Of a stretch of 26,608 nucleotides of DNA, positions 1 through 11,889 are shown piece after piece. The stretch is from Amoebidium appalachense (Eukaryota; Protista; Ichthyosporea). The translations under genes and the position numbers were made by a program. The stretch covers positions 1 to 26,608 of the forward strand of contig CAVNZM010000052.1 in NCBI GenBank assembly GCA_963693365.1. Reading direction: 5' to 3'. The notes under the pieces are model-generated. The model worked only from the letters and a program-made list of their open reading frames with translations. It made no database searches and was not told where the DNA came from. Position 1 is the stretch's first letter. Each line of letters starts with the position of its first letter.

Positions 1-334
1 AAAAGAAAAGACGAAGAAAGAGGAAAAAGAAAAGAAAGCAGGACAGAAAACACGAACAGCAAAACACAGTTATAACCGAAGATATTCATGTACACATAAC
101 ATGTACTTGTGTCTCCCTCACTGGGTAGACTCGTGTACCTATAATCAGTTGCTGTAATCGATATCTAAACACACGAATATAGCCGACACAACACGATTAC
201 AAGTACTCAAATACACTGGAGATCGATGTCATAATTTACGTACAAGGAGCACATCTTTTTCATTAAGTAAATGAATGAAAACATAACACGAACTGAGAAG
301 ATCTTACAATATGTAAATACTACGTATTATAACA
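1..334 (-). mobile_element. LTR family B, 5' part of a diverged copy running off the window edge
   Basis: Ends ...GAGAAGATCTTACAATATGTAAATACTACGTATTATAACA, matching the termini at 13097, 16790 and 19162 and the reverse complement at 17130. It interrupts the family C gag-like sequence at 335. Confidence 0.85.
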
Positions 335-449
335 TCTTGTGAGGCCAACCTCTGCTCCAGTAGTTGGACTAGTTGCTGCAACTGGAAGTTGTCAGACATA
401 GTGTCGTGTATGATGGGTAGCTAGTCTATGTGTTTTGTGCACTGAAAAC
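335..449 (-). mobile_element. Leader and start of the gag-like ORF of retroelement family C (ATG at 399), cut by LTR B
   Basis: Reverse complement of ~23080-23206; reads MSDNFQLQQLVQLLEQRLASQD versus MSDNLQLQQLVQLLEQRLASQD at 23141. Confidence 0.65.
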
Positions 450-898
450 GACAGTAGAACTTAGTGTAAATCAAACGTTCTGCTTCCCATGTTTGTGACA
501 TGGGAGGCACTGCTTTATATAGTCGTTAACACCTAAATACATATTACCTTCCTGTAGAACTGGTCTTTCTCTAGCTGATGGTATTATTGATCAATTACCA
601 CGCTTTTACTGTACACGTGCTATACAGTGGAGATCTAATAAGTATAAGGTGGCATCATTTGCATGCCCAAACAACACACACACACACCAGTTTAACCGGT
701 CATGTATCGCCAAATGTAGTTTGATAGACCACATAATACCGCAACACACACACGTCACATTCACAACAGACACCCAGAAAGATAGCCTACCTGTAAATTA
801 CAACATCCTTGATTTTATACTAAACACGCGTAACTACGACCTGTTTATTAGATGTATTGATTGGCTTGAGAAACACATCACTACAAAATTATAGCGCA

Positions 899-902
<4 letters not shown>

Positions 903-964
<62 letters not shown>
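903..964. repeat. (CA)n microsatellite
   Basis: Pure dinucleotide run. Confidence 0.97.
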
Positions 965-965
<1 letters not shown>

Positions 966-997
966 CCAGCTGATACCGAGTGTCCCGAGGGGAGCCC

Positions 998-1001
<4 letters not shown>

Positions 1002-1036
<35 letters not shown>
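1002..1036. repeat. poly(A) tract
   Basis: 35-nt homopolymer. Confidence 0.95.
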
Positions 1037-1037
<1 letters not shown>

Positions 1038-1365
1038 GGGGAACCCCAACTAATTGATTTCTCCTTGTAGTCTTTATGGTGTCTCGTAGAGAAAGTAAAC
1101 CCTGATATATAGTCACCACCCGACATCTATGTACGTGATCATGATATACCGCTGAGGGGATATTCCGAGCAAACCCCCCCCCCCCATACCTGAGACTGGT
1201 TCTCTTTGCCTCGAGTAAACAGCGTAAACCCCTTGGCCACCTCATGGTGGCCTCGTGTGCACCCTGGTGGTGGGCCATGTACAGCATGGCCGAAAAGAGA
1301 GCACAATGAAAACAAGTCGTTAAAGATATAAAAGTTAACTGTGCACGTTGAGTGGCTAGTTAACT

Positions 1366-1737
1366 TGCACTAAAGCACACAAATAAACGTGTTTAACACA
1401 CCAATTGCAGTTAAACGTAAATCTTACTTCACACAACTAAAAATATTCTGAGAATATCCGGGAATAAAGCACACTACCACTCTAAGAATAGAATCCTGTG
1501 GCAAATATAGACATGACATCATCTGAACCGGGAATATTAATTAATGAGCACAATTAGCACGTTGCTAGTGAAGCTCGTCATTGGTACAGTTTTGGCTCAA
1601 ACATATAACTACCATATATGAATATGACCGTAAACAAAAGCTCTATGCACTCGAGTGAGTGTTGAACCAATTATTCAATTGCTCAGAAACTTTCTCTAAC
1701 AGACATTGCTAGCCGGGAGTACCAGTGTACTCCAACA
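1366..1737 (-). mobile_element. LTR-like repeat family C (5' end TGTTGGAGTACAC), inserted into an LTR B copy
   Basis: Near-identical inverted copy at 22720-23090, with a TGTTG start. It abuts LTR B internal sequence at 1738. The 3' end of the LTR is not resolved. Confidence 0.75.
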
Positions 1738-1835
1738 CTCCGATCGTTCCGTGTTTTGTTGTTGTGTGTTTGTGGTGTTTTCACACTGCACCACTGTGTC
1801 TCTGCTTACGTCCCAAATACTTATATAATTTAACA
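1738..1835 (+). mobile_element. LTR family B, 3'-terminal ~100 bp
   Basis: Matches ~17308-17406 and the reverse complement of 12173-12270; ends ATAATTTAACA. Confidence 0.85.
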
Positions 1836-1933
1836 TGTCCGTGTGCTTGTGCGTGTGTGTGCGTGTGCGTGTAGGCGCATGCGCGTGCGCGTGATCGTGC
1901 GTTTTTAGTGTGTGTGTGGCAGTCTGTCTGTCT

Positions 1934-1970
<37 letters not shown>

Positions 1971-1998
1971 GCCGTGTGTGTGTGTGTGTGTGTGTGTG
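1836..1998. repeat. Compound (TG)n/(TGCG)n microsatellite
   Basis: Directly visible low-complexity dinucleotide repeats. Confidence 0.9.
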
Positions 1999-2920
<922 letters not shown>

Positions 2921-2933
2921 TGACACCTCTGTG

Positions 2934-2989
2934 CGAAACGATACGAAACTCAACTTCTAAGTCTTGCTATGAATCATGGGAAGATGACA
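2934..2989 (-). mobile_element. 5' tip (~45-55 bp) of LTR family A
   Basis: AAACTCAACTTCTAAGTCTTGCTATGAATCATGGGAAGATGACA is the reverse complement of the start of the LTR at 14779. Confidence 0.85.
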
Positions 2990-3136
2990 GGGGGGGGGGG
3001 GACTCCGAGGGAGGAGGGGTCTCTCTCCCTTCCTGGGCCTGCGCTTTTTGGCCAAACATCTCGCTCCCCCTTGGCCCCACCCACCTCCTTACTATCAGCG
3101 CCTAAATCTATCAAGTATAGTATCACAGTGTATTGA

Positions 3137-3319
3137 TGTTGGAATACGTCACTACGTACTAGGACAGCAAGAGTCTTGAAGTATGTATGTGTCTTAGCTT
3201 TGTTTGTATTCGTATCTGCTCTCCTTCTTTGTGCTCTCCCCCCTCTCTCCCCTTTTCTCTTTTCTTTCTCTCTCTCTCCCTCTCCCCCCCCCCCCCCCCC
3301 CCCCCCGTATCTCTCTCTC
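3137..3319 (+). mobile_element. LTR-like family D, 5' fragment interrupted by LTR A
   Basis: Homologous to 1999-2250, with shorter CT and C tracts. Confidence 0.75.
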
Positions 3320-3863
3320 TGTCATCTACCATGGTTAACGGCAAGAGTCTGACTTAGAAGTTGAGTTTTACACATGTTTATTAGTTTGTTGTTGTTCGTT
3401 TCCTTTTCCCTTTTCCTTTCTTCCTTCCTTTCTTTCCTTTCCGTTTCAGTGTGCACAGATATCTTAGTTCTGTGTACACATCGAGCCATTTAGCCCGCAC
3501 ACACGTAATGTTGTTTGCGTCAATGTCTAAATATGTTGTCCAATCAGATCTCGTTATATTTTCCCAAATATAGTAACCTACATTCCTCCTTCATTCTACT
3601 CGATTCCTTTCCCATTCCATTCCTTTCTATCCTCATTCCTTTTCCTTCTTGTCCCACGACGTAGAATTGCTCCAAGTTCCCCAGCTATTAGGAATACTTA
3701 TATTTAGACGTGTTATGTTAAGAACATGTATAAATATATGATGTGAACTAATAGATACATAAGTGGTTTCATTTTATTAAATGTTTCCGTACTTTCATTA
3801 GAAGATTACTTTCATTAGAAGATTGCAATATATCAAGTTCTACGTGTCGACAGGCATTTCGAT
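3320..3863 (+). mobile_element. LTR family A, 3'-truncated diverged copy
   Basis: Starts TGTCATCTACCATGGTTAACGGCAAG; colinear with 14779-15260 and the reverse complement of 9140-9655. Confidence 0.85.
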
Positions 3864-3880
3864 TTTCGTATCGTCCTCGA

Positions 3881-4522
3881 TCACACTTTCTTCGCTAGTG
3901 GAGAGGGGGGTTCGTTATTCGAAATTCGAGCTAAACTGGTGACACTGCATGCTGTTGTGTAAGCCCGTGAATTAAGTGGACCACATGGAACCACTGTGCC
4001 CATACAACAGTCTAAAGTTCGTGGTGGTGGTGCGCCGGCAGCGAGTTTTATTTTACACGTTGCGATATTTGACGCATCTACCGGGAGGTGAATACCTGTG
4101 GTGGTAATTAATATGCGAGAAACAGCTGTCTCCTCCGCACTCCCACGCAACCACCACACCGGAATACTACACCTGCGATTTTCCTTAGCATACATGAACG
4201 AAAGTTCTGCAGCACCGTAATCAATTCGTCCCTGTTGTGGCCCCATGAAATCAACACCTAATAAGGCATCATATGGTAGATTATCAATCACATGCCATCT
4301 GTGCACCACTAGAGCAGATTCGTTGGGAATGGCGAGAGTGAGAGATATACTTCCTTGGCATGTCATTTCGTTACTTTGTGCATCCAGTACACTAAAATTA
4401 GGAACATACTGAATTCGTTTTCTTGCCACTACAGGGAGAGATTCGTATAATGCTGTGCTTATACAGCTATGGCTAGCACCAGAGTCGACAACTACTGTGA
4501 TTAGCTTCCCATGCACATACAT
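3881..4522 (-). pseudogene. Retropepsin-type aspartic protease, Ty3/gypsy-like pol fragment
   Basis: VHGKLITVVVDSGASHSCIS catalytic motif and YDALLGVDFM C-terminal motif; no gag or RT linked within the window. Confidence 0.8.
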
Positions 4523-4660
4523 TCGCGCAAGTGTGGCTGTGCATTTTCTTTCGTGGGTTAATGTGCATTGGGGGGGAGGGGGGAGGGGGGGGGGGGGGGG
4601 GATGTGCTGTTTATTAACATTGCACTGGAAACAATGACAAAAAACCCTTGCATATCTGTG

Positions 4661-6394
4661 TTATCGGGCCAGCAGATCAGATAATAACAAATCCACGGTT
4701 GTTCTACTAAGATACAACGGGGAGCCACTCCAGTAGCCATAATGATCCCCGTCGTCATTGCCTTCGGGCCGTCCATGTGACCAATGATACGTGTCTACCA
4801 TTTTGAAGCCATATCTTGCTACAAGTTGCTCGGTAGCCGCATTGACGTGCCTTACTCGATGAGGAATTCTCAGGAAATTGGAATTACTTGTTGCCGGCAT
4901 TGACAGAAAATATGCTCTACCCCTACGAATAACATTGCCACATTCCTTCGCTATTACCTTCAACATGCAGGTTTCGAGAGATTGGAGTGTCTCGGCTGGT
5001 GTATGCTGATAAACGGACCATAGCCCATGATCAATAATAATGACGTCTGCACCCCAGCATTGGCCGGTGCCATTTCCTGGGGGTTTCAGCTGGGAAGAAC
5101 AAATGTACCCTTGGAATCTGAAATCCAACGTGGGTGCATTTTCAATCACGTTTGTCGTTTGATGATGGTACAGCCATTTGTCCCCATACTCAAAGGTGAT
5201 GTTTGGTGGTGCTAGAAGCATGGCCAAGTCTGCATAAAGCTCACGTGTGATTGAGTCACCAGCAATAAACATTTTGGAAATGTTAACAGCCTTAAGTGCC
5301 GATGCAATATCTTCTGGTTGGCTTTGTCGCTTCATATTTGCGACAACGTCCATTATGGGGCAGTACAAAAACTGGTTCATGTGTGCTTGCGGCATCCAAA
5401 TAAACGAATCGGACCAATAGTTGAGAGACTCGGTCACATTTGCAGTATTATTATCGGAAATCGAAGAATACAGCAGTTGTTCAGGAAACATACGACCAGC
5501 CTGACTCTTTCGCACCCATACCCCACGCTGTAGACCCGTGTAGTTGAGTGTTACCGTCTGACCATGCTGTACACAGTTGGACAGCAGATCCTGATCTCTG
5601 CTAAAACGGCTATCTGCGGCCATAAGGCTGAACACGGCCAGGGTTCCGTCCTCGTGTGTTCGGTATTTTGCTGTACGCTCAGTGCAATTGACATTGCTGC
5701 AAGACTGGTTGTAAAGTAAAGTGGGAACATCTTGGAGGAAGACTCGTAACACAAAAGTGTGCATTCCTGCTTCATATGGTATGAAGCTTATGGTGTAGTT
5801 TTTTTCACACACAACCTCCTCCCGTGGACCGAATTCGTTTTCACCGATTTCAATGTTCTGTGGTGTCATGAGCTCGTTGTCTCTGTCGGCCACTGTATGG
5901 TTCAAGCACCGCTGCTTACCGACATGGACACGTGCTACTTGACGCATGTTGGTGGAAATGATTTTCACGTATAGCTCGTCCTCTGTGTCCGGCAGTTGAC
6001 AGGTTTTAGTGATGGTAATGTTAAAGGCCTGTCCAACCTCAAGACGTTTGCCGTCAGCCCAGTCACCGATGTGTGGCTCGAGGTTAAGCTGCAAATGGGG
6101 ATCGAGAAAATAACAGGCTCCCAACCGCATTGCCGGTTGTTGTTGTGAAGGAGGGATGGCTGGTTGGGAGGATACTACTCTGTTCCACCATGGTGCAAAA
6201 GTGCTTTGTTCCGGCTGCCCGGCTTTGCTATAATTGAAAAGAGGACTATCATAGAAGGACGTAGCTGGTGACAGGGACAATTTGGAGAGACCCAGGCCCA
6301 ATGTGACTACCAAAACAATGACTAACAGTATTAATTTCCACGTATGTCTATTGATCGCCATACGTTTTCGAATGGCAAGTATGCCCTTATTCAT
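4661..6394 (-). CDS. Type II membrane SGNH/GDSL-like (PC-esterase / NXPE / TBL-like) O-acyltransferase or esterase, single exon
   Basis: Uninterrupted ORF with candidate ATGs at 6394 and 6361; basic residues then a hydrophobic anchor (WKLILLVIVLVVTLGLGL); Ig/filamin-like strand motif YTISFIPYEAGMHTFVLRV; catalytic-type motifs IAGDSITRELY and DGDHYG; many N-x-S/T sequons. Confidence 0.75.
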   Translation of the reverse strand: MNKGILAIRKRMAINRHTWKLILLVIVLVVTLGLGLSKLSLSPATSFYDSPLFNYSKAGQPEQSTFAPWWNRVVSSQPAIPPSQQQPAMRLGACYFLDPHLQLNLEPHIGDWADGKRLEVGQAFNITITKTCQLPDTEDELYVKIISTNMRQVARVHVGKQRCLNHTVADRDNELMTPQNIEIGENEFGPREEVVCEKNYTISFIPYEAGMHTFVLRVFLQDVPTLLYNQSCSNVNCTERTAKYRTHEDGTLAVFSLMAADSRFSRDQDLLSNCVQHGQTVTLNYTGLQRGVWVRKSQAGRMFPEQLLYSSISDNNTANVTESLNYWSDSFIWMPQAHMNQFLYCPIMDVVANMKRQSQPEDIASALKAVNISKMFIAGDSITRELYADLAMLLAPPNITFEYGDKWLYHHQTTNVIENAPTLDFRFQGYICSSQLKPPGNGTGQCWGADVIIIDHGLWSVYQHTPAETLQSLETCMLKVIAKECGNVIRRGRAYFLSMPATSNSNFLRIPHRVRHVNAATEQLVARYGFKMVDTYHWSHGRPEGNDDGDHYGYWSGSPLYLSRTTVDLLLSDLLAR

Positions 6395-6773
6395 TTTGAA
6401 CACGTTCAAAGTATCATACGGTGATTGAAGAACAAAAACCATCACCTGTCATGATGTCCCTAGTTGCTACCAACTGAACCGGGTCAGACTCAAAACGCCG
6501 TTCACCTAGCATCTTAAGCTCGGACGCCCCGCCAGACGAACACCAGCGCGCATTGTAAACGCATTGGTATCATAAATTGAAGTTGATACGAGTTACCATT
6601 GTAGTTAGCTCTGAAATATGCGAGATATAAATAACACAATGTCTGTAATCTCAAGAGTAAACAAAGCATTCACAAAGAAACGTGTAGCTACTGTATGTGC
6701 GCGTTGCTAGCTAGACAAGGATCTGAAGCTTGAGTCGGCATGGGACAACGGGACTGTGGGAAGAGAACGGGGT

Positions 6774-6823
<50 letters not shown>

Positions 6824-6832
6824 TTTTTGTGC

Positions 6833-6899
<67 letters not shown>
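6774..6899. repeat. poly(G) tract (6774-6821) followed by (TA)n (~6838-6899)
   Basis: Directly visible. Confidence 0.95.
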
Positions 6900-6901
<2 letters not shown>

Positions 6902-7556
6902 GAATTTATTCCTACGTTTCTATTTTTGAAATGCTCCGTTTCCGAAATAGGCGGCAGGGCCCAAAAAGCATGGACTGTACACTAATTGACCACCGAATTT
7001 TTTAGCACCAGCCACCAGGGAAAATGCTATTGGATAGCATAAAGGGTACGTCAGGGTTGTGGGGTTTTGGCTGCGCTACCAGTGTGCCTCTAACTCAAGC
7101 GTATTGTCAGAATTTCTAAATCGCATTGGCGGGGTTCGTCTCATTTAACGGCTCGTATAGACCCCGACTATTATTAAATTTGACAACCAATTTCAGATAA
7201 TTTTACACTCCTTTAGCCATTACACACCCCGATAGACAAATATAGGTTCATATTCCGGCCTTGAGTGCCAAAATAACCACCTGACCACCCTAACCCTTGG
7301 AAAACACCCATTTCTATATTAAAAAACACCAAAATACACTATTGTGACCTATCTTACTGCTACGAGAAACCAATCCAGCACCTCACAGCTTTACTCGTTT
7401 TGACCCCCTGAGCTTTTAATAAATATATCGTAAATACGGCAATTTTGAGTCGTACCGCAGCCCTGGGAGGCTGGGGTACCTACGAATTCGTACGTACGCA
7501 GACTGCTGAATTATCACTACTTGGCCAGATGTCCCCCCCCCTCTTTAGCATGAGCA

Positions 7557-7600
7557 TGATTGCGCAAACACTCGATTGATCCGAATTTCTGCCGCATAAC
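7557..7600 (+). repeat. Left (sub)terminal inverted repeat
   Basis: 15-bp and 17-bp blocks identical to the reverse complement of 11858-11889, separated here by 12 extra bp. Confidence 0.75.
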
Positions 7601-7853
7601 TCATTTTGAGCACGGTGCGCGCAAAAAAATGACCGAAACTCGACGCACCCGCGGCATCGTTTTCGTTTTCTTTATCAGCCGGTGGTGTTACTTTTGTTCA
7701 AAACTTTCCACGTAACGCTTCGTTTTTTACTCTACTATTATTTTATTTCTTTGGGGGTTTATTTTTTTTTTGTCGCCGCCCATGAGCTGGCATTAGCTTT
7801 GTTAGCCCCTAGTAACACTAGAACTGCATGTCTTTTCTCACACCATTACCACC

Positions 7854-8580
7854 ATGGGCATCCAGGGGCTGTTACAGGTGCTAGACTTGAAACAAGAACA
7901 ACGCACAGATATAACTGAAGAATTGCGTGGCAAAGTAGTAGCAGTAGATGCTATGTGTTTTCTTCATCAGGCAATTCCACGGCAAAGTGAAAGCTGCGGT
8001 CGGAAAGAAACAGTTTGCCAATCAACCGATTGAGAGGAAAGATCTAGCTACCATTGAAAACAGTTTCATGAAAAAGGTAGATGAGCTAGAGTATTCAGGC
8101 GTTCAAGCAAGATATGTTTTTGATGGTCGTAGGTTAGAGCATAAATTAGAAGACGAAACAAGGAAAAAGAAAATCACAGATGCACGCGAAACACTAAAAG
8201 CAGTCGGTGCAGCAGCTACAGATGAACAGTACGCGGCGGCGGCTGAGCTGGACAATTCAATCGTCCATGCTGCAATCAGTGCTCTTACACAAGACCCAAA
8301 AACCCCCGTTATAGTAGCCCCATACGAGGCAGATGCACAGCTTGCTTACATGGTGCATAGTAAACAAGCGGATCTGGTGATAACAGTCGACTCTGGTGAT
8401 AACAGTCGACTCGGATCTACTTTTGTATAATCCCCCGATTTAGGGAAATGGAAAAATGCGTCCAAAGAACACAAAGATCTTAGATCTTACTTCAGTCAGA
8501 ACCCACAGTTAGCCGAAAAATATGGAATGAAATTAATGTCTTTTAAAAACAGGCGGGAGCGCCTTAAACAGGAGGACTAG
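7854..8580 (+). pseudogene. Exo1/FEN1/XPG-family 5' nuclease, disrupted
   Basis: ATG 7854 reads MGIQGLLQVL...LRGKVVAVDAMCFLH (XPG-N). After a frameshift near 7970 come RYVFDG and VIVAPYEADAQLAYM...VITVDS(DLLLY) (XPG-I). A 19-bp tandem duplication at ~8376-8413 breaks the frame. No H3TH motif is seen; the end coordinate is approximate. Confidence 0.85.
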
Positions 8581-8874
8581 GGATAAAAGTAGGTACTAAA
8601 TGATACTGCAAACTAATGTAACACGATTTTGAATCATTCTTCTTTGACATTTGTAATGTTCTTTGTGTGCTGTTTAATAAATACAACAAAACCACAAAAG
8701 GTGGTGAGCTCAATTGTGCATTCTCCGTGAGCTGTATTTGAAATCCCCCCGCCCCCCCCCCTCCCCCCCCCCCCCTCTCCCCCTCCCCCCCTCTCCCTCC
8801 CCCCCCTGCCCCCCCCCCCCCTTCCCCCTCCCCCCAAACCCACCCTTGGCATTCCCCCCCCCCCTCCCCCCGCA

Positions 8875-9655
8875 TGTTGTTTTGTGTGGGTAAACGGAGA
8901 AGCAGAGAGCACAGATGGGTGTTATGTTATACACAACACAGAGACACACGGGAGAAACACAACCGGAGAGGTGGAACGGTTACTGGGACCATAGGAAATG
9001 AATTCGACTGCTTGATAGTTATTTCAAGATGAAGTTCCTTTTATACTCAGGAATGTGAAATCGATAAGCCAATCAAAAGAACGAAAACTCTATTTTCCAA
9101 TCAGAAAGACGAAAACTATGAGGGTAAAATAAATCGATCGAAATGCCTGTCGACACATAGAAGATAAAACGCAATCTCCTAATGAAAGTAATCTTCTAAT
9201 AAAAGTACGGAAACATTTAACAAAATGAAACCACTTATGTATCTATTAGTTCACATCATATATTTATACATGTTTTAAACATAACACGTCTAAATATAAG
9301 CATTCCTAATAGTTGGGGAACATAGAGCAATGCTACGTCGTGGGAAAAGAAGGAAAAGGAATGAGGATAGAAAGGAATCGAATAGAATTAATGAGGAATG
9401 TAGGTTACTATATTTGGGAAAATATAACGAGATTTGATTAGACAACATATTTAGACATTGACGCAAACAACAATACGTGTGCGCGGGCTAAATAGCTCGA
9501 TGTGTACACAGATCTAAGATATTTGTGCACACGGAAACAGAAAGGAAAGAAAGAAAGGAAGAAAGGAAAAGGGAAAAGAAAACAACTACAACAAACTAAT
9601 AAACATATATAAAACTCAACTTCTAAGTCTTGCCGTTAATCATGGGAAGATGACA
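8875..9655 (-). mobile_element. Solo LTR, family A (781 bp), TSD CCGCA
   Basis: TG...CA termini; CCGCA at 8870-8874 and 9656-9660; lies in a C-rich tract between the two convergent genes. Confidence 0.93.
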
Positions 9656-9667
9656 CCGCATCCCACC

Positions 9668-9699
<32 letters not shown>

Positions 9700-9938
9700 C
9701 CGGCCCCCCACAAAAAAGAAAGTTATAAAACAAAACACAAAACATGTACAGAAAGCAGGGCAATATTGAATCAAACTATCATACCTACCTACAACTAGTA
9801 GCACGTTATTTCCTCTCTCATTTATAAAACCAATTAAGAACACACAGCCAATCAGATGGCTTTTTCCCCCTTAAACTCTAAATTAACAAACCGGAAAAAC
9901 GCCAGAGAGAGAGAGAGGGAGGAGACATAAGGCCTTGC

Positions 9939-11636
9939 CTACAACATATCACGAATGAGGGGAGGCATCATGTTGAACAGAAACGTGACAGCCTTTGCTA
10001 TGTACCCCTGCATTCCTACCACATTTTGCTCAATCGTATTAGACATGGCGGCAAATTCCTTCATACGGCTAATAGCGCGCTCAACATGCACACGCACATT
10101 TGCCAGACGCTGAGAGTAGGTTGCGTCTTCAGCATTTAACACCCCTTCATCTACAAAAGCAGGTAGCAAAAGCTCACCCCCCTTTTTTGCTATCAATTCA
10201 AACACTCTGAAACCCTCATCCGCTAAAATCTGATCCCCAGATTCGATCTGGGAGAGGAACCCATCCACACAGTGCAGTTAGTGCCGGATCAGTAATGCTA
10301 CCACCATGCCCATCGGATATGTATCTTATTTTCATGTCTGGTGTTATAACAACTAAATATATTATTGTGTAACGGGATTTGTAGTTGGAGTAGAATAACC
10401 TTTTTCCTTCCAGATCCGCCGGAATTTCCACCTGCACCTCCGTGCAATCAATAATGAAGCGCACTTTATCCCACGGACCAATGAAACACCTCGCCTTCTT
10501 TTTCGAAAGTTCCTCCACCGTGGGTGCAGCCTAAAAAAAAAGAACTTGGGCCGCCGCGAGAATTTCACAGTTTAAGTTGAATATATCAGATAGCCTACGA
10601 GCAGGCACACCAGCAAAATAGCGAAGCAACCCATGTGTGAGCCCGTGCCTCAGGCGCATGTGGGTGTATAGGACACCGTCCTCAGAAGAAATAACCCGTC
10701 CATCTTTTGCCTTCAATTTTCTTTCTTTCTTCTTGAGTTCCTTCACAATACCCACCACATTTAGTAAGTCCTCGTATTGGGGAAGGCCCGTAAAAATTCT
10801 TACCGAGGAGTCCCTTTCCTTTTCGGCCAAGCTGGCAAGAGCCTCAACTGAGACTGCATGCACGTTTTGTTTGGCTAATTTTTGGTTCAGTTTTAGTATT
10901 TCCTTCTTCTGCTCCAGAACTTTTAACTCCAACAACTTCCTCTCTTATTCTTTCTGTTCTATTACGGCAGTTGCAGCTAGTAGCTTAGCAAGGTCTTGTT
11001 TCAGCCGTGCATTTTCTTGCCTCGTACTCAAAAGCTCCCGTTCAATATCTCCCCCCCTACTTCCTTTTCTATGCGCGTTTTGCTTCTTACTTTCTGTCTT
11101 TTTCCACGTTCGGTGCCATCATCTCCTTCGTATCCCCCGTGCGCACTTTTCTTTCCGCTCACCTTTTCCTCGGCGTTGCGATTCAACTCTTCTGTCATAT
11201 GAGGAACAGCTTTTGCCATCCGCTCGACAGATGCATTAGTGAGCACAGGATCCTTCGCACGTCCCAATGGGACTGCATCAGCCGTAAGGGCACCATTGCA
11301 AATGTGCTCGGGTTTAAAATGATCCTGGCACACAGAAAGCTTCTTAAGTCGTGGAATGCATGAGGCAGGACGCCCAACCTTCTTTTTTTTGTTCTTAGTG
11401 GGGCTTGTCTTGCTCTTTTTTATGTTTTGTGGTAGTGGATGTGCAAGTGGATCTCTCAGGTGATTGAGAAACAGCTTTTCTTTCTCTAAGTATTTCTTTG
11501 TCTTTCCTAGCAGGGTGAGCCACACTATTCTTTTTTTTATGTTCTCTTCCGTTCTTTCTGTGCTTATATGAAAATATTTCAGGTGGGGTGTTTTGGTTGA
11601 TTCATTGCGACACCATTCAGCTACACACCCAGGCAT
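9939..11636 (-). pseudogene. THAP zinc finger + HTH + DDE_Tnp_4-type (Harbinger/ISL2EU-like) transposase
   Basis: MPGCVAEWC...W...VCQDHF...AVP (THAP); FTGLP...MRLRHGL (HTH); FIIDCTE, YSNYK, GGSITD, ILADEGF, RVHVERAISRMKEF (DDE core). Split over four ORFs by frameshifts and one in-frame TAA near 10945. Confidence 0.9.
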
Positions 11637-11857
11637 CTTGCTAGATCTCTCACACTCCCGGCAAGAAGATGGACCAATTAGCCCGCAACCAGTGCAATAA
11701 TAAAATAATATTTGTGCTTTATTATAGTATTTTAGACACACAGTGCCCAAAAAAACAGCCCTCTAGAACCTTTGAAGGCGCAGCCCGGTCGTTGAAGTCA
11801 GAGGGAAAAGTTCTTCTTTACTGTCGGTGCAGTGTGGGCGAATGCGCTTCGGATTAC

Positions 11858-11889
11858 GTTATGCGGCAGAAATTGTGTTTGCGCAATCA
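11858..11889 (-). repeat. Right (sub)terminal inverted repeat
   Basis: GTTATGCGGCAGAAATTGTGTTTGCGCAATCA, reverse complement of the blocks at 7557-7600. Confidence 0.75.

Noticed and set aside
1262-1283. Possible LTR C end and PBS (CA|TGGCCCACCACCAGGG on the minus strand)
   Set aside because: No second copy covers this position and no tRNA match can be verified.
8577-8745. Minus-strand peptide TTFCGFVVF...STYFYP* faintly like a YqaJ exonuclease C-terminus
   Set aside because: It is short, has two internal stops and no catalytic motif; it cannot be supported without a profile search, though it is worth testing on a consensus.
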